This document shows, piece after piece, positions 27,020 through 41,329 of a stretch of 64,000 bases of DNA. The notes beneath the pieces are model-generated. The model searched no databases. It worked only from the letters and a program-made list of their open reading frames with translations, and was not told the origin of the DNA. The stretch is from Eledone cirrhosa (Eukaryota). Every line of letters starts with the position of its first letter. Position 1 is the first letter of the stretch. The stretch is from assembly GCA_964016885.1 (NCBI GenBank), contig OZ024743.1, positions 321,594,001 to 321,658,000 on the forward strand. Reading direction: 5' to 3'. A program made the translations under genes and the position numbers.

Positions 27020-30000
27020 AGCAACATTGTGTTGAAGTAGAGCTTCACAGCAACATTGTGCTGAAGTGGAGCCACACAGCAACATTGTGTTGAAGTGGTG
27101 CCACACAGCAACATTGTGCTGAAGTGGACCCACACACCAACATTGTGTTGAAGTGGCGCCACACAGCAACATTGTGTTGAAGTGGAGCCACACAGCAACA
27201 TTGTGTTGAAGGGGACACACACAGCAACATTGTGTTGAAGTGGAGCCACACAGCAACATTGTGTTGAAGTGGAGCCACACAGCAACATTGTGCTGAAATG
27301 GAGCTACACAGCAACATTGTGTTGAAGTGGAACCACACAGCAACATTGTGTTCAAGTGGAGCCACATAGCAACATTGTGTTGAAGTGGAGACACACAGCA
27401 ACATTGTGTTGAAGTGGAGCCACACAGCAACATTGTGTTGAAGTGGTGCCACATAGCAACATTGTCCTGAAGTGGAACCACACAGCAACGTTAGTGCTGA
27501 AGTGGAGCCACATAGCAACATTGTCCTGAAGTGGAGCCACATAGCAACATTGTCCTGAAGTGGAGCTACACAGCAACATTGTGCTGAAGTGGCGCCACAC
27601 AGCAACATTGTGTTGAAGTGGAGCCACACAGCAACATTGTGTTGAAGGGGACCCACACAGCAACATTGTGTTGAAGTGGAGCCACACAGCAACATTGTGT
27701 TGAAGTGGAGCCACACAGCAACATTGTGCTGAAGTGGAGCTACACAGCAACATTGTGTTGAAGTGGAGCCACACAGCAACATTGTGTTCAAGTGGAGCCA
27801 CATAGCAACATTGTGTTGAAGTGGAGACACACAGCAACATTGTGTTGAAGTGGAGCCACACAGCAACATTGTGTTGAAGTGGTGCCACATAGCAACATTG
27901 TGTTGAAGTGGAGACACACAGCAACATTGTGTTGAAGTGGAGTCTCACAGCAACATTGTGTTGAAGTGGAGCCACACAGAAAAATTGTGTTGAAGTGGAC
28001 CCACACAGCAATATTGTGTTGAAGTGGAGCCACACATCAACATTGTGTTGAAGTGGAGCCACACAGCAACATTGTGTTGAAGTGGAGCCACACAGCAACA
28101 TTGTGTTGAAGTGGAGCCACACAGCAACATTGTGTTGAAGTTGAGCCACACAGCAATATTGTGTTGAAGGGGACCCACACAGCAACATTGTGTTGAAGTG
28201 GAGCCACACAGCAACATTGTGTTTAAGTGGAGCCACACAGCAACATTGTGTTGAAGTGGACCCACACAGCAACATCGTGTTGAAGTGGAGACACACAGCA
28301 ACATTGTGTTGAAGGGGAGCCACACAGCAACATTGTGTTGAAGTGGAGCCACACAGCAACATTGTGTTGAAGTGGAACGTCACAGCAACATTTTGTTGAA
28401 GTGGAGGCCACACAGCAACATTGTGCTGAAGTGGAGTCACACCGCAACATTGTGTTGAAGTGGAGTCACACAGCAATATTGTGTTGACGTGGAGCCACAC
28501 AGCAACATTGTGTTGAAGTGGAGCTACACAGCAACATCGTGCTGGAGTGGAGCTACACAGCAACATTGTGCTGAAGTGGAGTCACACAGCAACATTGTGT
28601 TGAAGTGGAGCTACACAGCAACATTGAGCTGAAGTGGAGCCACACAGCAACATTGTGTTGAAATGGTGCCACACAGCAACATTGTGTTGAAGTGGAACCA
28701 CACAGCAACATTGTGCTGAAGTGGAGCCACACAGCAACATTGTGTTGAAGTGGAGCCACGAAGCAACATTGTGTTCAAGTGGAGCCACATAGCAACATTG
28801 TGTTGAAGTGGAGCCACACATCAACATTGTGTTGAAGTGGAGCCACACAGCAACATTGTGTTGAAGTGGAGCCACACAGCAACATTGTGTTGAAGTGGAG
28901 CCACATAGCAACATTGTGTTGAAGTGGAGACACACAGCAACATTGTGTTGAAGTGGAGTCACACAGCAACATTGTGTTGAAGTGGAGTCACACAGCGACA
29001 TTCTGTTGAAGTGGAGCCACATAGCAACATTGTGTTGAAGTGGAGGCCACACAGCAACATTGTGTTGAAGTAGAGCTTCACAGCAACATTGTGCTGAAGT
29101 GGAGCCACACAGCAACATTGTGTTGAAGTGGTGCCACACAGCAACATTGTGCTGAAGTGGACCCACACACCAACATTGTGTTGAAGTGGCGCCACACAGC
29201 AACATTGTGTTGAAGTGGAGCCACACAGCAACATTGTGTTGAAGGGGACACACACAGCAACATTGTGTTGAAGTGGAGCCACACAGCAACATTGTGTTGA
29301 AGTGGAGCCACACAGCAACATTGTGCTGAAATGGAGCTACACAGCAACATTGTGTTGAAGTGGAACCACACAGCAACATTGTGTTCAAGTGGAGCCACAT
29401 AGCAACATTGTGTTGAAGTGGAGACACACAGCAACATTGTCCTGAAGTGGAACCACACGGCAACGTTAGTGCTGAAGTGGAGCCACATAGCAACATTGTC
29501 CTGAAGTGGAGCCACATAGCAACATTGTCCTGAAGTGGAGCTACACAGCAACATTGTGCTGAAGTGGCGCCACACAGCAACATTGTGTTGAAGTGGAGCC
29601 ACACAGCAACATTGTGTTGAAGGGGACCCACACAGCAACATTGTGTTGAAGTGGAGCCACACAGCAACATTGTGTTGAAGTGGAGCCACACAGCAACATT
29701 GTGCTGAAGTGGAGCTACACAGCAACATTGTGTTGAAGTGGAGCCACACAGCAACATTGTGTTGAAGTGGAGCCACATAGCAACATTGTGTTGAAGTGGA
29801 GACACACAGCAACATTGTGTTGAAGTGGAGCCACACAGCAACATTGTGTTGAAGTGGTGCCACATAGCAACATTGTGTTGAAGTGGAGACACACAGCAAC
29901 ATTGTGTTGAAGTGGAGTCTCACAGCAACATTGTGTTGAAGTGGAGCCACACAGAAAAATTGTGTTGAAGTGGACCCACACAGCAATATTGTGTTGAAGT

Positions 30001-31030
30001 GGAGCCACACATCAACATTGTGTTGAAGTGGAGCCACACAGCAACATTGTGTTGAAGTGGAGCCACACAGCAACATTGTGTTGAAGTGGAGCCACACAGC
30101 AACATTGTGTTGAAGTTGAGCCACACAGCAATATTGTGTTGAAGGGGACCCACACAGCAACATTGTGTTGAAGTGGAGCCACACAGCAACATTGTGTTTA
30201 AGTGGAGCCACACAGCAACATTGTGTTGAAGTGGACCCACACAGCAACATCGTGTTGAAGTGGAGACACACAGCAACATTGTGTTGAAGGGGAGCCACAC
30301 AGCAACATTGTGTTGAAGTGGAGCCACACAGCAACATTGTGTTGAAGTGGAACGTCACAGCAACATTGTGTTGAAGTGGAGGCCACACAGCAACATTGTG
30401 CTGAAGTGGAGTCACACCGCAACATTGTGTTGAAGTGGAGTCACACAGCAATATTGTGTTGACGTGGAGCCACACAGCAACATTGTGTTGAAGTGGAGCT
30501 ACACAGCAACATCGTGCTGGAGTGGAGCTACACAGCAACATTGTGCTGAAGTGGAGTCACACAGCAACATTGTGTTGAAGTGGAGCTACACAGCAACATT
30601 GAGCTGAAGTGGAGCCACACAGCAACATTGTGTTGAAATGGTGCCACACAGCAACATTGTGTTGAAGTGGAACCACACAGCAACATTGTGCTGAAGTGGA
30701 GCCACACAGCAACATTGTGTTGAAGTGGAGCCACGAAGCAACATTGTGTTCAAGTGGAGCCACATAGCAACATTGTGTTGAAGTGGAGCCACACATCAAC
30801 ATTGTGTTGAAGTGGAGCCACACAGCAACATTGTGTTGAAGTGGAGCCACACAGCAACATTGTGTTGAAGTGGAGCCACATAGCAACATTGTGTTGAAGT
30901 GGAGACACACAGCAACATTGTGTTGAAGTGGAGTCACACAGCAACATTGTGTTGAAGTGGAGTCACACAGCGACATTGTGTTGAAGTGGAGCCACATAGC
31001 AACATTGTGTTGAAGTGGAGGCCACACAGC
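27020..31030. repeat. Tandem duplication of a ~2.0 kb block (70 and 68 monomers)
   Basis: GTAGAGCTTC 27037/29070 gives offset 2033. Downstream markers ATCGTGCTGGAG (GCTGG 28541/30516) and ORFs 28553..28759 / 30528..30734 give offset 1975. The difference is 58 bp, or 2 monomers. Confidence 0.88.
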
Positions 31031-34000
31031 AACATTGTGCTGAAGTGGAGCTACACAGCAACATTGTGCTGAAGTGGAGTCACACAGCAACATTGTGTTG
31101 AAGTGGAGTCACACAGCAATATTGTGTTGACGTGGAGCCACACAGCAACATTGTGTTAAAGTGGACCTACACAGCAACATTGTGTTGAAGTGGAGCCAAA
31201 CAGCGCAACATTGTGTTGAAGTAGAGCCACATAGCAGCATTGTCCTGAAGTGGAGCCACATAGCAACATTGTCCTGAAGTGGAGCCACATAGCAACATTG
31301 TCCTGAAGTGGAGCTACACAGCAACATTGTGCTGAAGTGGCGCCACACAGCAACATTGTGTTGAAGTGGAGCCACACAGCAACATTGTGTTGAAGGGGAC
31401 CCACACAGCAACATTGTGTTGAAGTGGAGCCACACAGCAACATTGTGGTGAAGTGGAGCCACACAGCAACATTGTGCTGAAGTGAAGCTACACAGCAACA
31501 TTGTGTTGAAGTGGAGCCACACAGCAACATTGTGTTCAAGTGGTGCCACATAGCAACATTGTGTTGAAGTGGAGACACACAGCAACATTGTGCTGAAGTG
31601 GAGCCACATAGCAACATTGTCCTGAAGTGGAGCCACATAGCAACATTGTCCTGAAGTGGAGCTACACAGCAACATTGTGCTGAAGAGGAGCTACACAGCA
31701 ACATTGTGCTGAAGTGGAGCCACACAGCAACATTGTGTTGAAGTGGAGCTTCACAGCAACATTGTGCTGAAGTGGAGCCACACAGCAACATTGTGTGGAT
31801 GTGGTGCCACACAGCAACATTGTGCTGAAGTGGACCCACACACCAACATTGTGCTGAAGTGGCGCCACACAGCAACATTGTGTTGAAGTGGAGCCACACA
31901 GCAACATTGTGTTGAAGGGGACCCACACAGCAACATTGTGTTGAAGTGGAGCCACGCAGCAACATTGTGTTGAAGTGGAGCCACACAGCAACATTGTTCT
32001 GAAATGGAGCTACACAGCAACATTGTGTTGAAGTGGAGCCACACAGCAACATTGTGTTCAAGTGGAGCCACATAGCAACATTGTGTTGAAGTGGAGACAC
32101 ACAGCAACATTGTGTTGAAGTGGAGCCACACAGCAACATTGTGTTGAAGTAGTGCCACATAGCAACATTGTGTTGAAGTGGAGACACACAGCAACATTGT
32201 GTTGAAGTGGAGTCTCACAGCAACATTGTGTTGAAGTGGAGCCACACAGAAAAATTGTGTTGAAGTGGACCCACACAGCAATATTGTGTTGAAGTGGAGC
32301 CACACATCAACATTGTGTTGAAGTGGAGCCACACCACAACATTGCGTTGAAGTGGAGCCACACAGCAACATTGTGTTGAAGTGGAGACACACAGCAACAT
32401 TGTGTTGAAGTGGAGCCACAAAGCAACATTGTGTTGAAGTTGAGCCACACAGCAATATTGTGTTGAAGGGGACCCACACAGCAACATTGTGTTGAAGTGG
32501 AGCCACACAGCAACATTGTGTTGAAGTGGAGCCACACAGCAACATTGTGTTCAAGTGGACCCACACAGCAACATCGTGTTGAAGTGGAGACACACAGCAA
32601 CATTGTGTTGAAGGGGAGCCACACAGCAACATTGTGTTGAAGTGGAGCCACACAGCAACATTGTGTTGAAGTGGAGCGTCACGGCAACATTGTGTTGAAG
32701 TGGAGGCCACACAGCAACATTGTGCTGAAGTGGAGCTACACAGCAACATTGTGTTGAAGTGGAGTCACACCGCAACATTGTGTTGAAGTGGAGTCACACA
32801 GCAATATTGTGTTGACGTGGAGCCACACAGCAACATTGTGTTGAAGTGGAGCTACACAGCAACATTGTGCTGGAGTGGAGCTACACAGCAACATTGTGCT
32901 GAAGTGGAGTCACACAGCAACATTGTGTTGAAGTGGAGCTACACAGCAACATTGTGCTGAAGTGGAGCCACACAGCAACATTGTGTTGAAGTGGTGCCAC
33001 ACAGCAACATTGTGTTGAAGTGGAACCACACAGCAACATTGTGCTGAAGTGGAGCCACACAGCAACATTGTGTTGAAGTGGAGCCACACAGCAACATTGT
33101 GTTCAAGTGGAGCCACATAGCAACATTGTGTTGAAGTGGAGCCACACATCAACATTGTGTTGAAGTGGAGCCACACAGCAACATTGTGTTGAAGTGGAGC
33201 CACATAGCAACATTGTGTTGAAGTGGAGACACACAGCAACATTGTGTTGAAGTGGAGTCACACAGCAACATTGTGTTGAAGTGGAGCCACACATCAACAT
33301 TGTGTTGAAGTGGAGCCACACAGCAACGTTGTGTTGAAGTGGAGCCACACAGCAACATTGTGTTGAAGTGGAGCCACACGGCAACATTGTGTTGAAGTGG
33401 AGCCACACAGCAACATTGTGTTGAAGTGGAGCCACACAGCAACATTGTGTTGAAGTGGAGCCACACAGCAATATTATGTTGAAGTGGACCCACACAGCAA
33501 CATCGTGTTGAAGTGGAGCCACACAGCAACATTGTGTTGAAGTGGAGCCACACAGCAACATTGTGTTGAAGTGGACCCACACATCAACATCGTCTTGAAG
33601 GGGAGCCACACAGCAACATTGTTTGGAGTGGATCCACACAGCAACATTGTGTTGAAGTGGAGCGACACAGCAACATTGTGCTGAAGGGGAGCCACACAGC
33701 AACATTGTGTTGAAGTGGTGTCATACAGCGACATTGTGTTGAAGTGGAGCCACACAGCAACATTGTGTTAAAGTGGAGGCCACACAGCAACATTGTGCTG
33801 AAGTGGAGCTACACAGCAACATTGTGCTGAAGTGGAGTCACACAGCAACATTGTGTTGAAGTGGAGTCACACAGCAATATTGTGTTGACGTGGACCCACA
33901 CAGCAACATTGTGTTGAAGTGGAGCTACACAGCAACATTGTGCTGAAGTGGAGCTACACAGCAACATTGTGCTGAAGTGGAGTCACACAGCAACATTGTG

Positions 34001-37000
34001 TTGAAGTGGAGCTACACAGCAACATTGTGCTGAAGTTGAGCCACACAGCAACATTGTGTTGAAATGGTGCCACACAGCAACATTGTGTTGAAGTGGAACC
34101 ACACAGCAACATTGTGTTGAAGTGGAGCCACACAGCAACATTGTGTTGAAGGGGAGCAACACAGCAACATTGTGTTGAAGTGGGGCCACACAGCAACATT
34201 GTGTTGAAGTGGAGCCACACAGCAACATTGTGCTGAAGTGGAGCCACATAGCAACATTGTCCTGAAGTCGAGCCACACAGCAACATTGTGTTGAAGTGGA
34301 ACCACACAGCAATATTGTGTTGAAGTGGAGCCACACAGCAACATTGTGTTGAAGTGGACCTACACAGCAACATTGTGTTGAAGTGGAGCCAAACAGCGCA
34401 ACATTGTGTTGAAGTAGAGCCACATAGCACCATTGTCCTGAAGTGGAACCACACGGCAACATTAGTGCTGAAGTGGAGCCACATAGCAACATTGTCCTGA
34501 AGTGGAGCCACATAGCAACATTGTCCTGAAGTGGAGCTACACAGCAACATTGTGCTGAAGTGGCGCCACACAGCAACATTGTGTTGAAGTGGAGCCACAC
34601 AGCAACATTGTGTTGAAGTGGTGCCACATAGCAACATTGTGTTGAAGTGGAGACACACAGCAACATTGTGTTGAAGTGGAGTCTCACAGCAACATTGTGT
34701 TGAAGTGGAGCCACACAGAAAAATTGTGTTGAAGTGGACCCACACAGCAATATTGTGTTGAAGTGGAGCCACACATCAACATTGTGTTGAAGTGGAGCCA
34801 CACAGCAACATTGTGTTGAAGTGGAGCCACACAGCAACATTGTGTTGAAGTTGAGCCACACAGCAATATTGTGTTGAAGGGGACCCACACAGCAACATTG
34901 TGTTGAAGTGGAGCCACACAGCAACATTGTGTTGAAGTGGAGCCACACAGCAACATTGTGTTGAAGTGGACCCACATAGCAACATCGTGTTGAAGTGGAG
35001 ACACACAGCAACATTGTGTTGAAGGGGAGCCACACAGCAACATTGTGTTGAAGTGGAGCCACACAGCAATATTGCGTTGAAGTGGAACGTCACAGCAACA
35101 TTGTGTTGAAGTGGAGGCCACACAGCAACATTGTGCTGAAGTGGAGCTACACAGCAACATTGTGCTGGAGTGGAGCTACACAGCAACATTGTGCTGAAGT
35201 GGAGTCACACAGCAACATTGTGTTGAAGTGGAACCACACAGCAACATTGTGCTGAAGTGGAGCCACACAGCAACATTGTGTTGAAGTGGAGCCACGAAGC
35301 AACATTGTGTTCAAGTGGAGCCACATAGCAACATTGTGTTGAAGTGGAGCCACACATCAACATTGTGTTGAAGTGGAGCCACACAGCAACATTGTGTTGA
35401 AGTGGAGCAACACAGCAACATTGTGTTGAAGTGGAGCCACACAGCAACATTGTGTTGAAGTGGAGCCACACAGCAACATTGTGCTGAAGTGGAGCCACAT
35501 AGCAACATTGTCCTGAAGTGGAGCCACATAGCAACATTGTCCTGAAGTGGAGCTACACAGCAACATTGTGCTGAAGAGGAGCTACACAGCAACATTGTGC
35601 TGAAGTGGAGCCACACAGCAACATTGTGTTGAAGTGGAGCTTCACAGCAACATTGTGCTGAAGTGGAGCCACACAGCAACATTGTGTTGAAGTGGTGCCA
35701 CACAGCAACATTGTGCTGAAGTGGACCCACACACCAACATTGTGCTGAAGTGGCGTCACACAGCAACATTGTGTTGAAGTGGAGCCACACAGCAACATTG
35801 TGTTGAAGGGGACCCACACAGCAACATTGTGTTGAAGTGGAGCCACACAGCAACATTGTGTTGAAGTGGAGCCACACAGCAACATTGTGCTGAAGTGGAG
35901 CCACACAGCAACATTGTGCTGAAGTGGAGCTACACAGCAACATTGTGCTGAAGTGGAGTCACACCGCAACATTGTGTTGAAGTGGAGTCACACAGCAATA
36001 TTGTGTTGACGTGGAGCCACACAGCAACATTGTGTTGAAGTGGAGCTACACAGCAACATTGTGCTGGAGTGGAGCTACACAGCAACATTGTGCTGAAGTG
36101 GAGTCACACAGCAACATTGTGTTGAAGTGGAGCTACACAGCAACATTGTGCTGAAGTGGAGCCACACAGCAACATTGTGTTGAAATGGTGCCACACAGCA
36201 ACATTGTGTTGAAGTGGAACCACACAGCAACATTGTGCTGAAGTGGAGCCACACAGCAACATTGTGTTGAAGTGGAGCCACGAAGCAACATTGTGTTCAA
36301 GTGGAGCCACATAGCAACATTGTGTTGAAGTGGAGCCACACATCAACATTGTGTTGAAGTGGAGCCACACAGCAACATTGTGTTGAAGTGGAGCCACACA
36401 GCAACATTGTGTTGAAGTGGAGCCACATAGCAACATTGTGTTGAAGTGGAGTCACACAGCAACATTGTGTTGAAGTGGAGTCACACAGCGACATTGTGTT
36501 GAAGTGGAGCCACATAGCAACATTGTGTTGAAGTGGAGGCCACACAGCAACATTGTGCTGAAGTGGAGCTACACAGCAACATTGTGCTGAAGTGGAGTCA
36601 CACAGCAACATTGTGTTGAAGTGGAGTCACACAGCAATATTGTGTTGACGTGGAGCCACACAGCAACATTGTGTTGAAGTGGACCTACACAGCAACATTG
36701 TGTTGAAGTGGAGCCAAACAGCGCAACATTGTGTTGAAGTAGAGCCACATAGCAGCATTGTCCTGAAGTGGAACCACACAGCAACATTAGTGCTGAAGTG
36801 GAGCCACATAGCAACATTGTCCTGAAGTGGAGCCACATAGCAACATTGTCCTGAAGTGGAGCTACACAGCAACATTGTGCTGAAGTGGCGCCACACAGCA
36901 ACATTGTGTTGAAGTGGAGCCACACAGCAACATTGTGTTGAAGGGGACCCACACATCAACATTGTGTTGAAGTGGAGCCACACAGCAACATTGTGTTGAA

Positions 37001-38209
37001 GTGGAACCACACAGCAACATTGTGCTGAAGTGGAGCTACACAGCAACATTGTGTTGAAGTGGAGCCACACAGCAACATTGTGTTCAAGTGGAGCCACATA
37101 GCAACATTGTGTTGAAGTGGAGACACACAGCAACATTGTGTTGAAGTGGAGCCACACAGCAACATTGTGTTGAAGTGGTGCCACATAGCAACATTGTGTT
37201 GAAGTGGAGACACACAGCAACATTGTGCTGAAGTGGAGCCACATAGCAACATTGTTCTGAAGTGGAGCCACATAGCAACATTGTCCTGAAGTGGAGCTAC
37301 ACAGCAACATTGTGCTGAAGAGGAGCTACACAGCAACATTGTGCTGAAGTGGAGCCACACAGCAACATTGTGTTGAAGTGGAGCTTCACAGCAACATTGT
37401 GCTGAAGTGGAGCCACACAGCAACATTGTGTTGAAGTGGTGCCACACAGCAACATTGTGCTGAAGTGGACCCACACACCAACATTGTGCTGAAGTGGCGC
37501 CACACAGCAACATTGTGTTGAAGTGGAGCCACACAGCAACATTGTGTTGAAGTGGTGCCACATAGCAACATTGTGTTGAAGTGGAGACACACAGCAACAT
37601 TGTGTTGAAGTGGAGTCTCACAGCAACATTGTGTTGAAGTGGACCCACACAGCAATATTGTGTTGAAGTGGAGCCACACATCAACATTGTGTTGAAGTGG
37701 AGCCACACAGCAACATTGTGTTGAAGTGGAGCCACACAGCAACATTGTGTTGAAGTGGAGCCACACAGCAACATTGTGTTGAAGTGGAGCCACACAGCAA
37801 CATTGTGTTGAAGTGGAGCCACACAGCAACATTGTGTTGAAGTGGAGCCACAAAGCAACATTGTGTTGAAGTTGAGCCACACAGCAATATTGTGTTGAAG
37901 GGGACCCACACAGCAACATTGTGTTGAAGTGGAGCCACACAGCAACATTGTGTTGAAGTGGAGCCACACAGCAACATTGTGTTGAAGTGGACCCACACAG
38001 CAACATCGTGTTGAAGTGGAGACACACAGCAACATTGTGTTGAAGAGGAGCCACACAGCAACATTGTGTTGAAGTGGAGCCACACAGCAACATTGTGTTG
38101 AAGTGGAGCGTCACAGCAACATTGTGTTGAAGTGGAGGCCACACAGCAACATTGTGCTGAAGTGGAGCTACACATCAACATTGTGTTGAAGTGGAGTCAC
38201 ACCGCAACA

Positions 38210-41200
38210 TTGTGTTGAAGTGGAGTCACACAGCAATATTGTGTTGACGTGGAGCCACACAGCAACATTGTGTTGAAGTGGAGCTACACAGCAACATTGT
38301 GCTGGAGTGGAGCTACACAGCAACATTGTGCTGAAGTGGTGTCACACAGCAATATTGTGTTGAAGTGGATCTACACAGCAACATTGTGCTGAAGTGGAGC
38401 CACACAGCAACATTGTGTTGAAGTGGTGCGACACAGCAACATTGTGTTGAAGAGGAACCACACAGCACATTGTGCTGAAGTGGAGCCACACAGCAACATT
38501 GTGTTGAAGTGGAGCCACACAGCAACATTGTGTTCAAGTGGAGCCACATAGCAACATTGTGTTGAAGTGGAGCCACACATCAACATTGTGTTGAAGTGGA
38601 GCCACACAGCAACATTGTGTTGAAGTGGAGCCACATAGCAACATTGTGTTGAAGTGGAGACACACAGCAACATTGTGTTGAAGTGGAGTCACACAGCAAC
38701 ATTGTGTTGAAGTGGAGCCACACAGCAATATTGTGTTGAAGTGGACCCACACAGCAACATTGTGTTGAAGTGGAGCCACACATCAACATTGTGTTGAAGT
38801 GGAGCCACACAGCAACATTGTGTTGAAGTGGAGCCACACAGCAACATTGTGTTGAAGTGGAGCCACACAGCAACATTGTGTTGAAGTGGAGCCACACAGC
38901 AATATTGTGTTGAAGTGGACCCACTCAGCAACATTGTGTTGAAGTGGAGCCAGACATCAACATTGTGTTGAAGTGGAGCCACACAGCAACATTGTGTTGA
39001 AGTGGAGCCACACAGCAACATCGTGTTGAAGTGGAGCCACACAGCAACATTGTGTTGAAGTGGAGCCACACAGCAACATTGTGTTGAAGTGGACCCACAC
39101 ATCAACATCGTCTTGAAGTGGAGACACACAGCAACATTGTGCTGAAGGGGAGCCACACAGCAACATTGTTTGGAGTGGATCCACACAGCAACATTGTGTT
39201 GAAGTGGAGCGACACAGCAACATTGTGCTGAAGGGGAGCCACACAGCAACATTGTGTTGAAGTGGAGTCATACAGCGACATTGTGTTGAAGTGGAGCCAC
39301 ATAGCAACATTGTGTTGAAGTGGAGGCCACACAGCAACATTGTGCTGAAGTGGAGCTACACAGCAACATTGTGCTGTAGTGGAGTCACACAGCAACATTG
39401 TGTTGAAGTGGAGTCACACAGCAATATTGTGTTGACGTGGACCCACACAGCAACATTGTGTTGAAGTGGAGCTACACAGCAACATTGTGCTGGAGTGGAG
39501 CTACACAGCAACATTGTGTTGAAGTGGAGTCACACAGCAACATTGTGTTGAATTGGAGCTACACAGCAACATTGTGCTGAAGTGGAGCCACACAGCAACA
39601 TTGTGTTGAAATGGTGCCACACAGCAACATTGTGTTGAAGTGGAACCACACAGCAACATTGTGTTGAAGTGGAGCCACACAGCAACATTGTGTTGAAGGG
39701 GAGCCACACAGCAACATTGTGTTGAAGTGGGGCCACACAGCAACATTGTGTTGAAGTGGAGCCACACAGCAACATTGTGCTGAAGTTGAACCACATAGCA
39801 ACATTGTCCTGAATTCGAGCCACACAGCAACATTGTGTTGTAGTGGAACCACACAGCAATATCGTGTTGAAGTGGAGCCACACAGCAACATTGTGTTGAA
39901 GTGGACCTACACAGCAACATTGTGTTGAAGTGGAGCCAAACAGCGCAACATTGTGTTGAAGTAGAGCCACATAGCAGCATTGTCCTGAAGTGGAACCACA
40001 CAGCAACATTAGTGCTGAAGTGGAGCCACATAGCAACATTGTCCTGAAGTGGAGCCACATAGCAACATTGTCCTGAAGTGGAGCTACACAGCAACATTGT
40101 GCTGAAGTGGCGCCACACAGCAACATTGTGTTGAAGTGGAGCCACACAGCAACATTGTGTTGAAGGGGACCCACACAGCAACATTGTGTTGAAGTGGTGC
40201 CACATAGCAACATTGTGTTGAAGTGGAGACACACAGCAACATTGTGTTGAAGTGGAGTCTCACAGCAACATTGTGTTGAAGTGGAGCCACACAGAAAAAT
40301 TGTGTTGAAGTGGACCCACACAGCAATATTGTGTTGAAGTGGAGCCCCACATCAACATTGTGTTGAAGTGGAGCCACACAGCAACATTCTGTTGAAGTGG
40401 ATCCACACAGCAACATTGTGTTGAAGTGGAGCCACACAGCAACATTGTGTTGAAGTTGAGCCACACAGCAATATTGTGTTGAAGGGGACCCACACAGCAA
40501 CATTGTGTTGAAGTGGAGCCACACAGCAACATTGTGTTGAAGTGGAGCCACACAGCAACATTGTGTTGAAGTGGACCCACACAGCAACATCGTGTTGAAG
40601 TGGAGACACACAGCAACATTGTGTTGAAGGGGAGCCACACAGCAACATTGTGTTGAAGTGGAGCCACACAGCAACATTGTGTTGAAGTGGAACGTCACAG
40701 CAACATTGTGTTGAAGTGGAGGCCACACAGCAACATTGTGCTGAAGTGGAGCTACACAGCAACATTGTGCTGAAGAGGAGTCACACCGCAACATTGTGTT
40801 GAAGTGGAGTCACACAGCAATATTGTGTTGACGTGGAGCCATACAGCAACATTGTGTTGAAGTGGAGCTACACAGCAACATTGTGCTGGAGTGGAGCTAC
40901 ACAGCAACATTGTGCTGAAGTGGAGTCACACAGCAACATTGTGTTGAAGTGGAGCTACACAGCAACATTGTGCTGAAGTGGAACCACACAGCAACATTGT
41001 GCTGAAGTGGAGCCACACAGCAACATTGTGTTGAAGTGGAGCCATGAAGCAACATTGTGTTCAAGTGGAGCCACATAGCAACATTGTGTTGAAGTGGAGC
41101 CACACATCAACACTGTGTTGAAGTGGAGCCACACAGCAACATTGTGTTGAAGTGGAGCCACACAGCAACATTGTGTTGAAGTGGAGCCACATAGCATCAT

Positions 41201-41290
41201 TGTGTTGAAGTGGAGACACACAGCAACATTGTGTTGAAGTGGAGCCACACAGCAACATTGTGTTGAAGTGGAACCACACAGCAACAATGT
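38210..41290. repeat. ~3.1-kb block repeated at ~54735-57815 (offset 16,525 bp)
   Basis: Shared rare units: CAGCACATTG (28 bp), GGACCCACTCAG, GAGCCAGACATC, GTTTGGAGTGG (39168/55693), GAATTCGAG, GAGCCCCACATC and CCATGAAGC. ORFs 38313/54838, 39501/56026 and 40897/57422 are offset by 16525. Confidence 0.9.
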
Positions 41291-41329
41291 GCTGAAGTGG
41301 AGCCACATAGCAACATTGTCCTGAAGTGG

